Source: Saccostrea echinata (lineage: Eukaryota). From it: DNA of 64,000 bases. The translations under genes were made by a program, and so were the position numbers. Under the pieces are notes generated by a model, which saw only the letters and a program-made list of their open reading frames with translations, was not told the origin of the DNA and made no database searches. The stretch spans positions 4,340,001 through 4,404,000 of the forward strand of contig NW_026889805.1 in assembly GCF_033153115.1 (NCBI RefSeq). The letters are read 5' to 3'. Of the stretch, positions 13,111 to 26,569 are shown piece by piece; positions within the stretch are counted from its first letter, which is position 1; each line of letters opens with the position of its first letter.

Positions 13111-14001
13111 TGAAGTTATAAGGAGACAATAATTAAAAAAAATGTGGCATGTGAAAAATTATCTTTTCAAATCCACTCCAAGCAAAACTTGAGACCCTGA
13201 TTTTTTTTTTTACAAGCAAACAATTTCACAATTTCTCCTAATTAATTCTCTAAATTTATGTAATTGGATGGGGGATGATATTAGACAACTTTTCCCTCAA
13301 ATACAGTATATGTATTCCAGAAGCAATTGACAATGGGTTCATGTTTTTTTACGTTTATTATTTTGGAAAATATACTAGTAGTTTTGATTCGATTATGAAT
13401 TTGATAGGTGTAAATTCCACGGAAAGGGGGAGGAGAACTTCAGCCTCCATCCTCGCAAGACAGGGCGTACATCTACTATGTAAGATTAATATTAACCAAA
13501 GGTTCACTAAAGTGTTAAACTGATAAGGTCGCCTATTGAGGTATGGGCTCCAAAGGGAGACCAAAGGACACCTAATATAATTTATTACCAAATAATTATT
13601 CATTATCTTTAAGGATCAGTGAATAGTCCGAGCGGGGTGGGGGCAAGACCTACAATGTACCTCCTCCCCCTGCTTGTTTGATCTGCGAATGCAGAGACAG
13701 GAGGTCGCCTTCTCTGACATATTAATAAGGAGATCAGAGGTTAGGTACTGTGTTAACTAGATACTGTTGCCTTACATGGAATAATAATATCATTAAAGAG
13801 ACACGGGTCACCCTACGTAATCCATTGCAGTATAACCTATATCTTATATTTTATAATATTGCAGTCAATGTTGCCCCCCTCCCCCCGTATCTTTCCTCAT
13901 ATCAGATGATTATTCCTTTGACAAAAATAAATTTTCTGTTTGTTGTTTTACACTATAAAGGCATCACAGTAGTGCGATTTACTCTATTTTCACTTTACGG
14001 T

Positions 14002-14137
14002 NNNNNNNNNNNNNNNNNNNNNNNNNNNNNNNNNNNNNNNNNNNNNNNNNNNNNNNNNNNNNNNNNNNNNNNNNNNNNNNNNNNNNNNNNNNNNNNNNNN
14101 NNNNNNNNNNNNNNNNNNNNNNNNNNNNNNNNNNNNN
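14002..14137. other. Assembly gap (further gaps at 15682-15813 and 39129-39381)
   Basis: Runs of N. Confidence 1.
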
Positions 14138-14845
14138 TTTTGTTGGATGTATTAGAAATAAAAATCCAAAAAAATCACAGAATATTTTCTGCAAGCGCTT
14201 TCGCCATGCTAGGCTCTTCAGGCAGTTATACAAATGTCAGGTAGGTTACCTGGTAACGTCCAAAAGCAAAAGTTCATTGTGAATTTTATGCCAGTCAGTA
14301 TCATCTGAATAAGGATACATGTATATACTCTCTTTGATTATAAAACGTGCATTGATCTAGAATACAGATAAGGAAGTTTCAAGTTTAGTGAATGAATTTT
14401 ACTGAGTAGCAAAGAAATTATCTGGTGGTTTGAAAACTACACCACTGACCGAAAAGAAACCAATTTTCAACAACAATCTTGTTGACAAAATTTGATGTTC
14501 CTGTAAGTTATTTTTTTTTATTGAAAACTTTTATGTACATGTAGGAAAAAGAAAGAATACAAAAATAAATGCTTAAATATTTATTTGAGAAAAATGCCAC
14601 TAAAATAAAGAGCATGAAAAAAATTCTTATTTGTAAAATTCTACAATTTGCCAACTATGTCGCCAATTACCTGTGTATTGTGTTGTGTATAGGTATTAGC
14701 TGCTTCAGCTATCGCACGAAGCATATAAAATACGTTTGCAATGTTTTCTGTACACTGTAGTCAGGGTTGCAACTGAAATTTCTAGTAAAAAAGAAATCTC
14801 GACTTATAAAAAAGCATTTTTATATCATATTCATTTCACTTACAG

Positions 14846-16291
14846 TCACTTATTGTGGACAACATCTAAATAATCATTGTCTTTTATTTCATGTTTTTCA
14901 ATTTCATTTAATGGACTCAAATATTTATCATTGCTTTCTTCGACGCATTCAGCATTTTGATTGGAACTATGACACGTTAAGCTAACCCCGTCCTCGTAAC
15001 TATGGATTGAATCCGAACTATGTACTACAGGCTCTATGATTTCAATATATGCATGCGTTTTTCCACTTGATTCTGGTTCTAGATATCCACCATTATTTCC
15101 CGTGGAGGAAGAGTTTTCGTCGTCAATTTCCCTATAATGGGAATAGTTTGTTTTCATTTCCTGATTTATTTTGGACTTAGGCTCTTCATACTTGGTACCG
15201 AGAGGTTGCGTCATTTCCTCCATTATTATGTTATAACGGTTTCCTGACACTTCGCCTTGATTTACCAGATTTCTATCTATATCAATTTCCTGATATTCGC
15301 CAGATTCGTTTCCTTCCTTAAAGTGTTTTGATTTATTATCGTTTCTATATGTTCTATTGTTATGCAGAACCCATAGTCTTCTCACAACAGCAAAAAGTAT
15401 AGCAATCAAAATTATTATAACAACAGCAGCAAAACCAACCACTATCAGTATAATGGTTAAAATGTTAGGCTGATCCTTTGTTTCTACAGTCGGTGGTTGT
15501 GATGATTTACTCTTTAATTCTGTAGTTAATCTACCTGTTGACCATGAAATCGGTAGTGTAGACGATGATACCTCAAACACTGATGTGACTGGTGATGATA
15601 TTATTGTAGACGATTTATAATTTTCAGATTCTGTAGATATCTCTGAAAAATAAATATGTACCGTGGTTTGTATCAATAATANNNNNNNNNNNNNNNNNNN
15701 NNNNNNNNNNNNNNNNNNNNNNNNNNNNNNNNNNNNNNNNNNNNNNNNNNNNNNNNNNNNNNNNNNNNNNNNNNNNNNNNNNNNNNNNNNNNNNNNNNNN
15801 NNNNNNNNNNNNNAGTAGACATTTTTATTGTCCATGCAAAGGATAAAAGGTTCTTTGGTATCTATTTTATTATTCAGAATTAAAAATTCAAAGATCAGTA
15901 CATGAGGATCCAAGCATATTGATCAGTAAGAAATAAAGGTTAATATGTTTATCTCTATTTTTGGGTGGTAATATATTATTGTATCCTTATACTTGTCTCC
16001 TTTTTCGATTGTTTGTTTTTTCCATGAAGATGAAGGCTGAATAGAAATTTGTTTTCATTCTCTTTTAGAACGGATCAAAAATATTATGATTTTTTATTAT
16101 GTCAGAGTATTTGTTTGTTTGTTTGTTTTTTTAAATTTAAGTTTCTGATTAGAATAAACGTATACCGTCAAGTATAGATGAATCTATTTCGACTGATATA
16201 CAGAAATTGTCATAACTACTTTAAACGTTTACTTTTTTGCATGAGTATAAATATATTTCATTAAATCAATTACCTTTACCATTTTTGTTGT

Positions 16292-16384
<93 letters not shown>

Positions 16385-17510
16385 CATTACTTTCAAAACA
16401 CTATCAGAAGTGATTTTCTTTTATTGTGATTTAATTTATGTTCGAAGGATTTCTTTCATTTTCCACATGTATTCGATCCCTTCAAGTCATTGAAATAAAT
16501 TTATTTTTCCTTAAATTAATAGCAGTTTCTCAGTTAGAAATATTGAATTTCTATGAAAATCAGATATTATACACTGCCTGGATCTTTGAGTCTATAATGT
16601 CCCTTTGTGTACTTTGTTTGAACTTGAGTGTCAAAAATCCTTGACATGACTTTTTAAAATTTCATAAAGTCACTCACCTACCCTTTACCAATACTTTTTT
16701 TTTTTTTTTAATTTTTTTTATGTACATTTAATAAACAAAATATACATATTGCATTGTCTTTGAATCAGAAAAAATAAATGCAGTTGGTTCGTAAATTAAT
16801 AACTTAAGGATATATTTGGAAAGGTAATGCCTCGAGAAAACTCAGCAATACATTATAGTCCCTTAGGAATGATTGCGCGTTACATACATGTACATTACAT
16901 TTTGTATTGTAAAATATAAGTGATTAACATCTAAGTTTTGTTTGCATACCATTCCAGTATCAATTCCAGGTACATAAATATAATAACCACCCCCTTTCTC
17001 TCTCTTTCTCGTAAGCATTTAATATGGTTATAAGAAGGAATTGGCATACCTTTACAGCCTGTGATCTTGTCGCAAACATGCAATGGAGGACATGTACAAT
17101 CTTCCGCACACAGTCGTCCATACGAACCAGATGGACATTCAACGCTACAATTCTTTCCAAAGCTCCCCGCAGGACACTCTAGGTAGAAAGATTCCTTATT
17201 TCTATACATAAAATTCCTCTGCAGTTCATTATTTTGGAAAGTTACCCTATTCTCGCATATAGAAAAACATTGTCTTCTAACTTTCGTTATATATTGTCAA
17301 TTTCATGTTAATAGTAGAAGATAATAAGCTTCTTTGGTAGTGGTAAACGAAATAAACTGCAAGTGTCCATATCTTACCTGCACAAGTCTTGTTTACGTCC
17401 AAAAAGTAATTTACAGGACAATTTGTTGTCCCACTACCTTCATCCGTTAAAGTCAAGTATCTATCGTTCAATAGAAAACAGTAAATCCATTTCATGATAT
17501 GTGTTTTCAT
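14846..17510 (-). CDS. Gene A: single-pass EGF-like (MEGF10/CED-1-like) receptor, ~352 aa. Exons 17510-17378, 17178-17050, 15642-14846
   Basis: Phase-1 GT-AG joins give ..NCPVNYFLDVNKTCA-ECPAGSFGKNCSVECPSGSYGRLCAEDCTCPPLHVCDKITGCK-S/T stalk-TM (ILTIILIVVGFAAVVIIILIAILFAVV)-tail with YQEI, YNII, YEEP, SHYREI, YLEP, YIEI, YLDV. An N gap lies in the last intron. Confidence 0.75.
16294..16380. repeat. (TA)n microsatellite in an intron of gene A
   Basis: Direct. Confidence 0.98.
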
Positions 17511-18800
17511 TTTTCGTACATAGAATTCAACAGGAAACATCTTCATATTGTTTGAAATAGCTCTCCATCGAAGCGGATGTAGACATTCATGAATGAATTT
17601 AGAAATACAGAAAAAAGCAGTATTTTAGCAAATACAAACCGATCTAAAATCGAAGTGTTGATTGAAATGCTGTTAAAAAGGCATTCATTTACCGAATAAA
17701 ATTCCATATTATAACATCAAAGAGAATTTTAAAATAACATTTTTTGTTTTGGTGCCTATCTTCCTGGACCTATAATACACCTGTAAATCAAGTCAAATAC
17801 TCATTGCCTGAGTACTTTTTTGTCTTAGTTTCATTGAAATACAATTCTAATTTTAATTCTTGCAAGTAGGCATAGGAATGCTACGAACGCAGATTCCCTC
17901 TGTTATAAGCTTAGTTTAACTGAATAATGAATTTAATGTAATGTCAAGACCAAGTGGGCTAAATAGTCACTCCAGTTTTTCATGTGTAAAATAATGATCC
18001 CTGAAAATAGGTAGGATTAAGAGACATGTAAATAGCATATTCGTACCTAATTTTATGATTCGTGATTATTAGATTGTGGCTTCCATCGACATTTTTATAA
18101 CCCAAAATTCCTCCAATGGGATTGAACTTGTATTTTACATTACCAAATAAACCAAACAAGTAATTTTGACCCATATTTTGGAAACATAAATCCTAATTGG
18201 AGTCTTGAATAACTCTTATGTAATACCTACAATCACTTTTAGAAGCGTTTGAACTGAAAACCGAACTTTAACACGTGTATGTGATCTGCAGACAACATGG
18301 CATCCTAACCGATTAAATACGTGAGTGGATGCGTATAAAACGCCATATCCGTAGTAACGTCATACATAAGAACGTCATATATAAACAGCGATCAGCTGAT
18401 TGCAGAGACAAATTATGACCTTTTAATCTGAGAAAAAGACATACAATCATGACTAAGGAATCTCGTTAGGTAATTGTCAATTCTAACTTTAATTAATGGG
18501 TGGGAGCTGATGCCTGACCCAAAATTAGGATAATCTATTAATAGGATCATTTAATATATATTTTTAGGTTCATTGTATTAAGTATATAATGTAGAGTGGG
18601 AGAAAGCTATGGGAAAGAGTAACTCCCTCAAGTAAATTGATGCTCCCGCCTGCACCTCTTTATTTAATCTAAATTGTAAGTATTATTTATCATTGTTGCT
18701 AATTATAGAAGACATTTTTCACTACAATTGTATGATTGTGAGAAGCATGATAAGAATTATTTTCAATTTCAGACATTCCTCTTACTTTAATAGTACAGTA

Positions 18801-20548
18801 CCAACCAGACCAAACCTGACACAAAGCAGTCCCAGAGCAGTCCCGGGGACTGCTAAAATTTAATGGGCGGAGCTTACTCAGAATGGGATTACCAATAAAC
18901 AATGTAACTATAAAAGGCAGTTGAAATTGATGATCATTTCTTTCTGAGAAGTATCAACAAATATTTACAATTCTTACGCGACAGTCATTTCTGAACTGTT
19001 GAGAAAACCACAGTACCCGTATAGAAACAAATAATAATTACTGAACGAAGAAGGCGTTCACTCTTATTAAAAACATGAATATTTTAACACAATTATATGA
19101 ATTGGTATATTAATTTTTGACCAAAATAAATAAATTTATTTATTTTCTGTGATTGATATTGGGTTTCATATTTATTTTTTATATAGAAAATTAAACCTGA
19201 ATTGTTTATTTTCTACCAGAATTAGCTTTAAATAGATCTTATAATTATGGAGCGAGGCCGATTCCCATACTATACTCTTAATGCATTTTTCTTAAGTATT
19301 GGAACTTTTGAAAAATTCCTTGTTAATTCTTTGTTAAATTTTGCCGAGTATTATATTTCAGTCATGATTATTTTCAATGACTTGCCAATTTAATTATCGT
19401 TAGATTCTCAGTTTTAAGTGTTTTATTCTATAAATGTTCGAGTGTACATCTGTAAATCACGCGAATGGAACCCTCAGATTATGTTCAAAATTAATTAATC
19501 CCGAAATAAATTTATTCACAATTATTGAAACAAAGACTTTTTGCAGTACATTGATTGAAATTAGTGTCATTGTTGACCAGCGTGTTCAGTGATGTGTTAC
19601 ACTGATACTCAAATAACATGCATTGACTTTCTGCTAATAATGCTCAAAGGCGATTGAAACCTCAGGTGTTGACGCCATTTTATACAACAGTATTGCTTTT
19701 TATTAATCGGTCAGGTAAATAAAAACAAAACAAATAAGAAATAAGTCGCAATTCCCGATATTTTGAAATGTTTATTTTTTAAATAAATGTACTCTTTTAA
19801 TACCTTGTTTATAAATTAAAAACTAATTGATAAATAAATCCCCCAATAATTGTTCACATTATTCATGGGACAGAAGAATGGTAGAATAATTCTATTTCAT
19901 GGTCTTTTAATAAATTATTAGGTTTTATTTGAGGGCGGTAAAAATAGCATGGAGTGCTCTTTTTAAGCATGATATTACCTTTTTCAATTAAGAAAAAAAT
20001 CCAGTACAGTACATCCCTCTGAATATCTTATTGAAATGACAAGTTTTTTTTTTTTTTTTTTTATTTTTTTTATTTTTTTTTTTTATAAATAGTGCTAATG
20101 CAAACTTTGAGTGCATAATTTGACGGTATTAATTTATTAAATAGGCCTAGATAATTTTTTTTCAAACACCTGTATTTTCAAATACCTGAAGTTTAATTAA
20201 AGGGATAAAAATCATCTCCTGAACTTTCCTTTTTAACTACTTTCATTTTTTAAAATTAATTCTAGACTACAATTGTGTAAATTTATACCCCTGAAGACGT
20301 TTAATAATTACATGTATAACTATCTCTACTTATTAAAATTTTGTAAGAAATACTTTTTTTTCTTAAACGCATCTCTGCAGAAAGTAAGCAAAACAACAAC
20401 AGGGAGCTGCAAATTGCGAATACACAAGGGGCGGAACTATCATGTCACTCAGTGGGTCTGCTTTCTAGAGCAGTCCCACAGCAGTCCCTTAGCGGTCCCA
20501 GAGCAGTCCCGGGGACTGCTTTCTGGGACTGTTTAGGTGTCAGGTTGG
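18801..20548. mobile_element. Non-autonomous DNA transposon with TA flanks and subterminal CAGTCCC/GGGACTG repeats
   Basis: Ends CCAACC..TGACAC / GTGTCAGGTTGG, each flanked by TA; absent at the paralogous site ~31298 (ATAGTACATGCAAAC). Confidence 0.75.
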
Positions 20549-21641
20549 TACATGCAAACCTTTTTATCATTAGGCATTCTTATTTTTGATGGCTTAATGG
20601 AATAAAGAAACGTTTTACTTGTATACATACATTGTAAAGGAACAAAATACATTTTTACTTTTAATTCTACAGAAGGATGCTTACCTCTAGAAATACTCTA
20701 AGTAAGTCTTGTTTCAAAAACACTAAAAGTAACACTGAAAAGATTTATCACATATTAAAATCATGTAAACAATATGTTTATTCATATTTATGTGAGTCAC
20801 ATTATCCATTTTCCCATACTTTTGTTAAAAGTGGGTCTTAAATGCATTCACACTTGGTCACTAACAATTTTAAAATAATTTGACAATTTAGTTTCTGGTT
20901 TTGGGAAAATAAATAACTTCCTTATAATAAATATTAAAAAATGATATCTTCACCTTTAGATGACTCAGCACTGCATAATTATGACTATGAAATTTTGAAG
21001 CAGCAAAGCAAAGTTTTCCAACGATTTTTTCCCCGAATTTTTTGTTGCTTTTGCCCTAGGAGCCATACAGTACCCATCACATTGTTAGGATGCTTGCTTT
21101 TAAAATCTTAAGTTTGTTGTACTTCTTCACAGGACTTTCTAAAAATATTTTATTTGTACTTCCATCCATTTCAAAGGAACCACATACAATTTACATAAAT
21201 TAAATAAATAATAAAATTAATGATTTCTAGTCAGGAAAACAGGAATAAAGTCACATAGATAGTTTCAAGATAAACCTGGAAATGTTTTTGAAAAAAAAAA
21301 CATCATTCTTAGGATCAACGTCTACATATTGCAAGCTTATTGCTCAAAACGTGGGTTTTGATGCAGGAATTGGACTCTTAGGGGCTCCCGGAGATTGAAA
21401 TGTAATTATTTTTACGAAAAGTATGTGTTAACATCTTTCAGGGTAATTTGTCATCTATATCCAAACATTTCTGAAAGATAATAGATGGATTTGTTTTCAA
21501 ATTATGTACCCTTCTGGAAAGATGAGGCTGCAATGGAGTTCAATGCACGTATTTATAAGAAAAGACAAAGAAATGATTTTTAAAGGATCTTTTGAGGGAA
21601 TTCTTTAATAAACTTTTGGTTATTTTCTCTCTTTAGGGATT

Positions 21642-21993
21642 AACCGTTCACGGTAGCTCAGTCGGTAGAGCGCTCGCTCCGTTGATCGGGAGGTCGTGAG
21701 TTCGAATCTCAGCCGCGACTGACCTAAGTCGATAAAAAATGGGTAGCAACTGTTCCTTCGCTATGCGCTCGGTACTTTCTAGTGAAAGTTGCGGGTCCTT
21801 CGGATAATGCCTTAAAAACCAAGGCCCCGCGTCACGGCTGGCGTTGGCGTCATAAAGATCCCTCACTGCTCAATAGCCCTGAGTGTTACGCATAAGTCAA
21901 AATTTGAAGCTCTTCCCCCGTATATGGTGACGTCTCTATATCAGTGAACAATTCTCGATTGGGACGTAAAACAACATACAATCAATCTATCAA
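21642..21993 (+). mobile_element. tRNA-derived SINE (MetaSINE-like)
   Basis: A box TAGCTCAGTCGG, B box GTTCGAATC, (CAAT)n tail; TSD TCTTTAGGGATT/TCTTTATGGATT; empty sites near 32745 and 42070. Confidence 0.85.
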
Positions 21994-22184
21994 TCTTTAT
22001 GGATTCCAGCAATTTTGAAAATACATGTAGCTTTATGCATTCAAGAGATATGAGAAAAAAGGTTTGTATGAATTGATATGATTTCACCTACAACATATTG
22101 GCTCAAAAACATTTTGCAATGAAGAAGAGAAGAGCGCATACAATCATACTTAAAAACCGGAATGTCGGGGAAATTTAGGACCGT

Positions 22185-23276
22185 TGACTTTTCAACTTTG
22201 TACACAACCATTCCCCACGATAAATTAAAGTCCAGGCTTTTTGATATCATTGACAGCTGCTTTTTCAATAAAAATGGAACTCGTAAATTTACTTACCTTG
22301 TCATTGGTCATTTGCAAAATTATTTTGTTAAAAACATTCTGATTGTTCACACAAGTACTCTGAAGTTGACATTAAAAAGATGCTTGAGTTTCTGATTGAC
22401 AATATCTATGTAGTTTTCGGAGACCAGGCCTTCCAACAATCTATTGGAATTCCCATGGGTACCAATTGCGCCCCGTTATTAGCAAACCTTTTTTTATATT
22501 CATATGAAGCAGAATTTGTCCAAAATCTTATACGTGAAAAGAAGAAAACACTTGCTGTGGCCTTCAACTCGACATTTAGATATATCGACGACGTATTGTC
22601 AATTAACAATGGCTATTTCCATTCTTATGTCGATACGATATATCCTGGTGAACTTGAGATAAAAGATACCACAGAGTCTGACACATCTGTTTCATATTTG
22701 GATATTTTACTTGAAAAAGACGTTAATGGTAATCTAACAACCAAGCTTTACGATAAACGTGATGACTTTAACTTTTCAATCGTCAACTTCCCTTACTTAT
22801 GCAGCAATATACCTTCATCACCTGCATAGGGGGTATATATCTCTCAGTTGATTCGATACGCAAGAGCATGCTCTACGTATGGACAATTTCTAAAACGAGG
22901 TAAATTACTGACAAATAAGTTGATGAAACAAGAATATCAGCTATCTCGTTTAAAGTCATCATTTCGTAAGTTCTGTCGATACAATGACCTTGTCAGCAAA
23001 TACAATTTATCATTGAGTCAAATGCTGACTGACGTTTTTCACACTAATTGTTAGGCCATTATTTACACACTGAATTGTCGACGGATTTTTCCGTTATTTC
23101 CCGATCATGACAAGGAGCACACGGCGGGTGTGACCGGTCGGCAGGGGATGCTCACTCCTCCATGGCACCTGATCCCACCTCTGATGTTTGGAGGTCCGTG
23201 TTTGCTCTTCTCCTATTTTGTATTGATTAATGGACTTTTGAGCTTGAATACTGTTCGTTTTCTCCATATATTTCAT
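22185..23276 (+). mobile_element. 5'-truncated Penelope-like RT copy (frameshifts, stop)
   Basis: DFSTLYTTIPH..GIPMGTNCAPLLA..FRYIDD; full 3' tail; absent at the paralogous site ~32935. Confidence 0.9.
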
Positions 23277-24283
23277 TTCAATAAACAATTGTGAAAATAT
23301 TAAAGATATTCTGAAAACAATAGATGGAACACAAGTTTTACATCAATTTTATTTTATTTCATATTTATCCAATATATTTATCACATTTCAGTGTGTTCAT
23401 TATCGGTCGGTTCCCGTTGTTTTGTTTTTTATTTGGGGGGGGGATTAATTTTGGTGGAACAAGACAATACATTGTTTTAGTTCCCAATATGTTTATCTTC
23501 TCTAACCAATCTATTTTGTTTGAATAGGATCCCCCATCCTGATAATTATTTTTTTTAAGCATGAGCACGTCAATTTCACTTCAGATCTAAATATTCTCTG
23601 ATATTTCCGGTGGACGTAGAATTTTCCTTGTCAGTTTCGTAATAGATATTTTACATTTCCTTTTCTAGTTTTGACCTTTTTTATAAATACTTTGTTCTCC
23701 CGACATTGTCTATTATTCTATTATTATCCTCCTAAAGCTTAGATCTGATTCACCATCATTACGTTGATGTTGTTATCATTATACATTTCCGATCCACTCC
23801 ATTCCTTGACATTTATTGACTCATTTTCCTTTAAAAGTTTTCTTTAAAAAACTTATTTTTTTTAGCCATGCAAAAAACTAAGTTTGGAAACACACTATGT
23901 TCACCTACAGTTAAAAAAACAAACAAACAAATTTTACTCATCTCCCACACAGAAAAGTTTAATAGCTTTTTAATATTTCTTCCAAATGAAATAATTAGAA
24001 GATGTTTTAATTGTGTAAAATTAAAAATACGACTATACATTGGAACCGTAAATCACATTATCCTTTTACCAAATTATGTGGCTTGCTTAAACAGAAAGTT
24101 GTGTAACTAAACAGAAATCACTTCCATAGTGATGGAGATGCCTATTTTAGCAAAGACGTTTTGAATTTTGGAAGAAAAAAGTGTTATTTATCCTTTAGAA
24201 CAAGATCTAGTAAATGAAATGTGCCTATAGGATTCTCAAATCCTCAAATTTGAGATTTCCATTTTCCATTCCTTTTCAAATTA

Positions 24284-24627
24284 GCCTTCACGGTAGCTCG
24301 GTCGGTAGAGCACTCGCTCCGTGATTGGAAGGTCGTGTGTTTGAATCCCGCCTCGGCTGACTTAAGTCGATAAAAAATAGGTAGCAACAGTTCCTTCGTC
24401 AAGCGCTCGACACTTTGAAGTGAAAGTTGCGGGTCCTTCGGATTAGACCTTAAAAACCGAGGCCCCGTGTCACGGTAGGCGTTAGCATGATAGAGAACCC
24501 TCACTGCTCAATGACCCTAAGTGCCGAGTAAAGGTATAAATTTGAAGCCCTTCATCAGTATATGGTGACGTCTCTTTATGAGTGAAATATTATCGAACTG
24601 GATGTAAAACAACATACAATCAATCAA
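24284..24627 (+). mobile_element. tRNA-derived SINE, same family
   Basis: A/B boxes, same body and tail, degenerate ~14-bp TSD; also present in the duplicate at 33934. Confidence 0.85.
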
Positions 24628-24706
24628 TCCTTCTTAAATTATGCTTATTTACTAAGTTAAACGTAGTGAAATAAGATGTATGGGGCAAAATTTCAAGGGA
24701 AACACA

Positions 24707-25092
24707 ATTAAGAAATGTTTATAAGTGTGAGTTATTGGTGTGTAAATCACACAGACTTGTCACGTACGCATATTTCATGAAGCGCACTAGCGCTTCATGA
24801 AAAATATGCCTACGTGCAAGTCTGTGTGACTTACACACCAATAATTCACACTAAACTTAAAAACATTCCTTATTTACATTTACATGTTTAAATGCACTAA
24901 AAATATATTCAATGTTTGAATTTCTCCCTGCCCTAGATCGTCATATTTTATTGACGTCTCTGTAGCCTCATTGTGACGTCACTTTAGCGCGAGATTCTTC
25001 GTGTATATTTCTACGCGTGAGTATACACAAAAATGGCTTTCAAATCAATTTCACAGTTGGCTTAGTAGAAAAACACAGCAAATGTAAATATT
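24707..25092. mobile_element. Hairpin-ended non-autonomous element (Crypton-like architecture, tentative)
   Basis: ~80-bp-arm palindrome 24709-24872 centred on GAAGCGC-ACTA-GCGCTTC, plus short IR TATTTACATTT/AAATGTAAATA; absent at the paralogous site ~34355. Confidence 0.65.
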
Positions 25093-25391
25093 GAAAAATA
25101 AATACGTTTTATACTTGAGTTTACAATGAAAAATGAAGAAACCAGTTAAAAATATTGGAGAGTTTTCCAAATTAGACAAATGATATGCATACAGATTGCC
25201 TACAATATCTCAAAAACAGGTGATTTAAATGTTCTTGAACTCTTCTTTCAGAAATGTTAAATATCTGGATTTTTTTTTTACATGATTTCAAATTGAATGC
25301 CATGAAAATGCGTCATTTTCAACAAAATTCGTTAATACCAATGAAGCAGGGGAAAACGGAAGATTATAATACATGTAGTTATGACGTCATG

Positions 25392-26443
25392 ATGAAATAT
25401 ATGGAGATAACGAACAGTATTCAAGCTCAAAAGTCCATTAAACATTACAAAATAAGTGCAGAGCAAACACGGACCTCCAAATCATCAGAGGTGGGATCAG
25501 GTGCCATGGAGGAGTAAACATTCCCTGCCCACCGGTCACACCCGCCGTGTGATCCTTGTCATGATCGGAAAATAACGGGAAAATCCGTCGACAATTCAGT
25601 GTGTAAATTATGGCCTAACAATTACTATGAAAAACGTTATTCAGGATTTGACTCAATGATAAATTGTATTTGCTGACAAGGTCATTGTATCGACCATAGA
25701 AATTACGAAATGATGACTTTAAACGAGACTGCTGAAATTCTTGTTTCATCAACTTGTTTGTCAATAATTTACCTCGTTTTAGAAATTGTACATACGTAGA
25801 GCATGCTTTTAGGTATCGATTCAACTGAGCGATATAAACCCCGTATGCAGGTGATGAAGGTATATTGCTGCATAAGTAAGGGAAGTTGACGATTGAAAAG
25901 TTAGTCATCAAGTTTATCATAAAGCTTGGTTGTTAGATTACCATTAACGTCTTTTTCAAGTAAAATATCCAAATATGAAACAGATGTGTCAGATTCTGTG
26001 GTATATTTTATCTCAAGCTCACCGGGATATATCGTATCGACATAAGAATGGAAATAACCATTGTTAATAGACAATACGTCGTCGATATATCTTAATGTCG
26101 AGTTGAAGACCACAGCAAGTGTTTTCTTCTTTTCACGAATAAGATTTTGGACAAATTCTGCTTCATATGAATTTGAAAAAAGGTCTGCTAATAACGAGGC
26201 GCCATTGGTACCCATGGGAATTCCAATAGATTGTTGGAAGACCTGGTCTCCAAAAACCACATAGATATTGTCAATCAGAAACTCAAGCATCTTTTTAATG
26301 TCAACTTCAGAGTACTTGTGTGTACAGTCATAATGTTTTTTAACAAAATAATTTTGCAAATGGCCAATGACAAGGTAAGTAAATTTACGAGTTCCATTTT
26401 TATTGAAAAAGCAGATGTTAATGATATCAAAAAGGCTGGATTT
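25392..26443 (-). mobile_element. 5'-truncated Penelope-like RT copy (frameshifted)
   Basis: ORFs 25901-26461 and 25615-25920; absent from the duplicate at ~34640. Confidence 0.9.
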
Positions 26444-26569
26444 TGATAGTTTTAAGACCAAAAAAGGCAGTATGAACTCATACCTTTGTCATTACATCTT
26501 TACCTTAAAAGTCAGTCTTAAGTGATGTGAGAGAATTTCATGACTTCAAGCAGGATTTCTTTATTAATT

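Noticed and set aside
13750-14244. ORFs spanning N runs (also 39060-39431 and the N-terminus of 14846-15913)
   Set aside because: Length is an artefact of assembly gaps
21642-21720. tRNA gene (also at the other SINE heads)
   Set aside because: Continues into a SINE body and tail with TSDs; no proper acceptor stem
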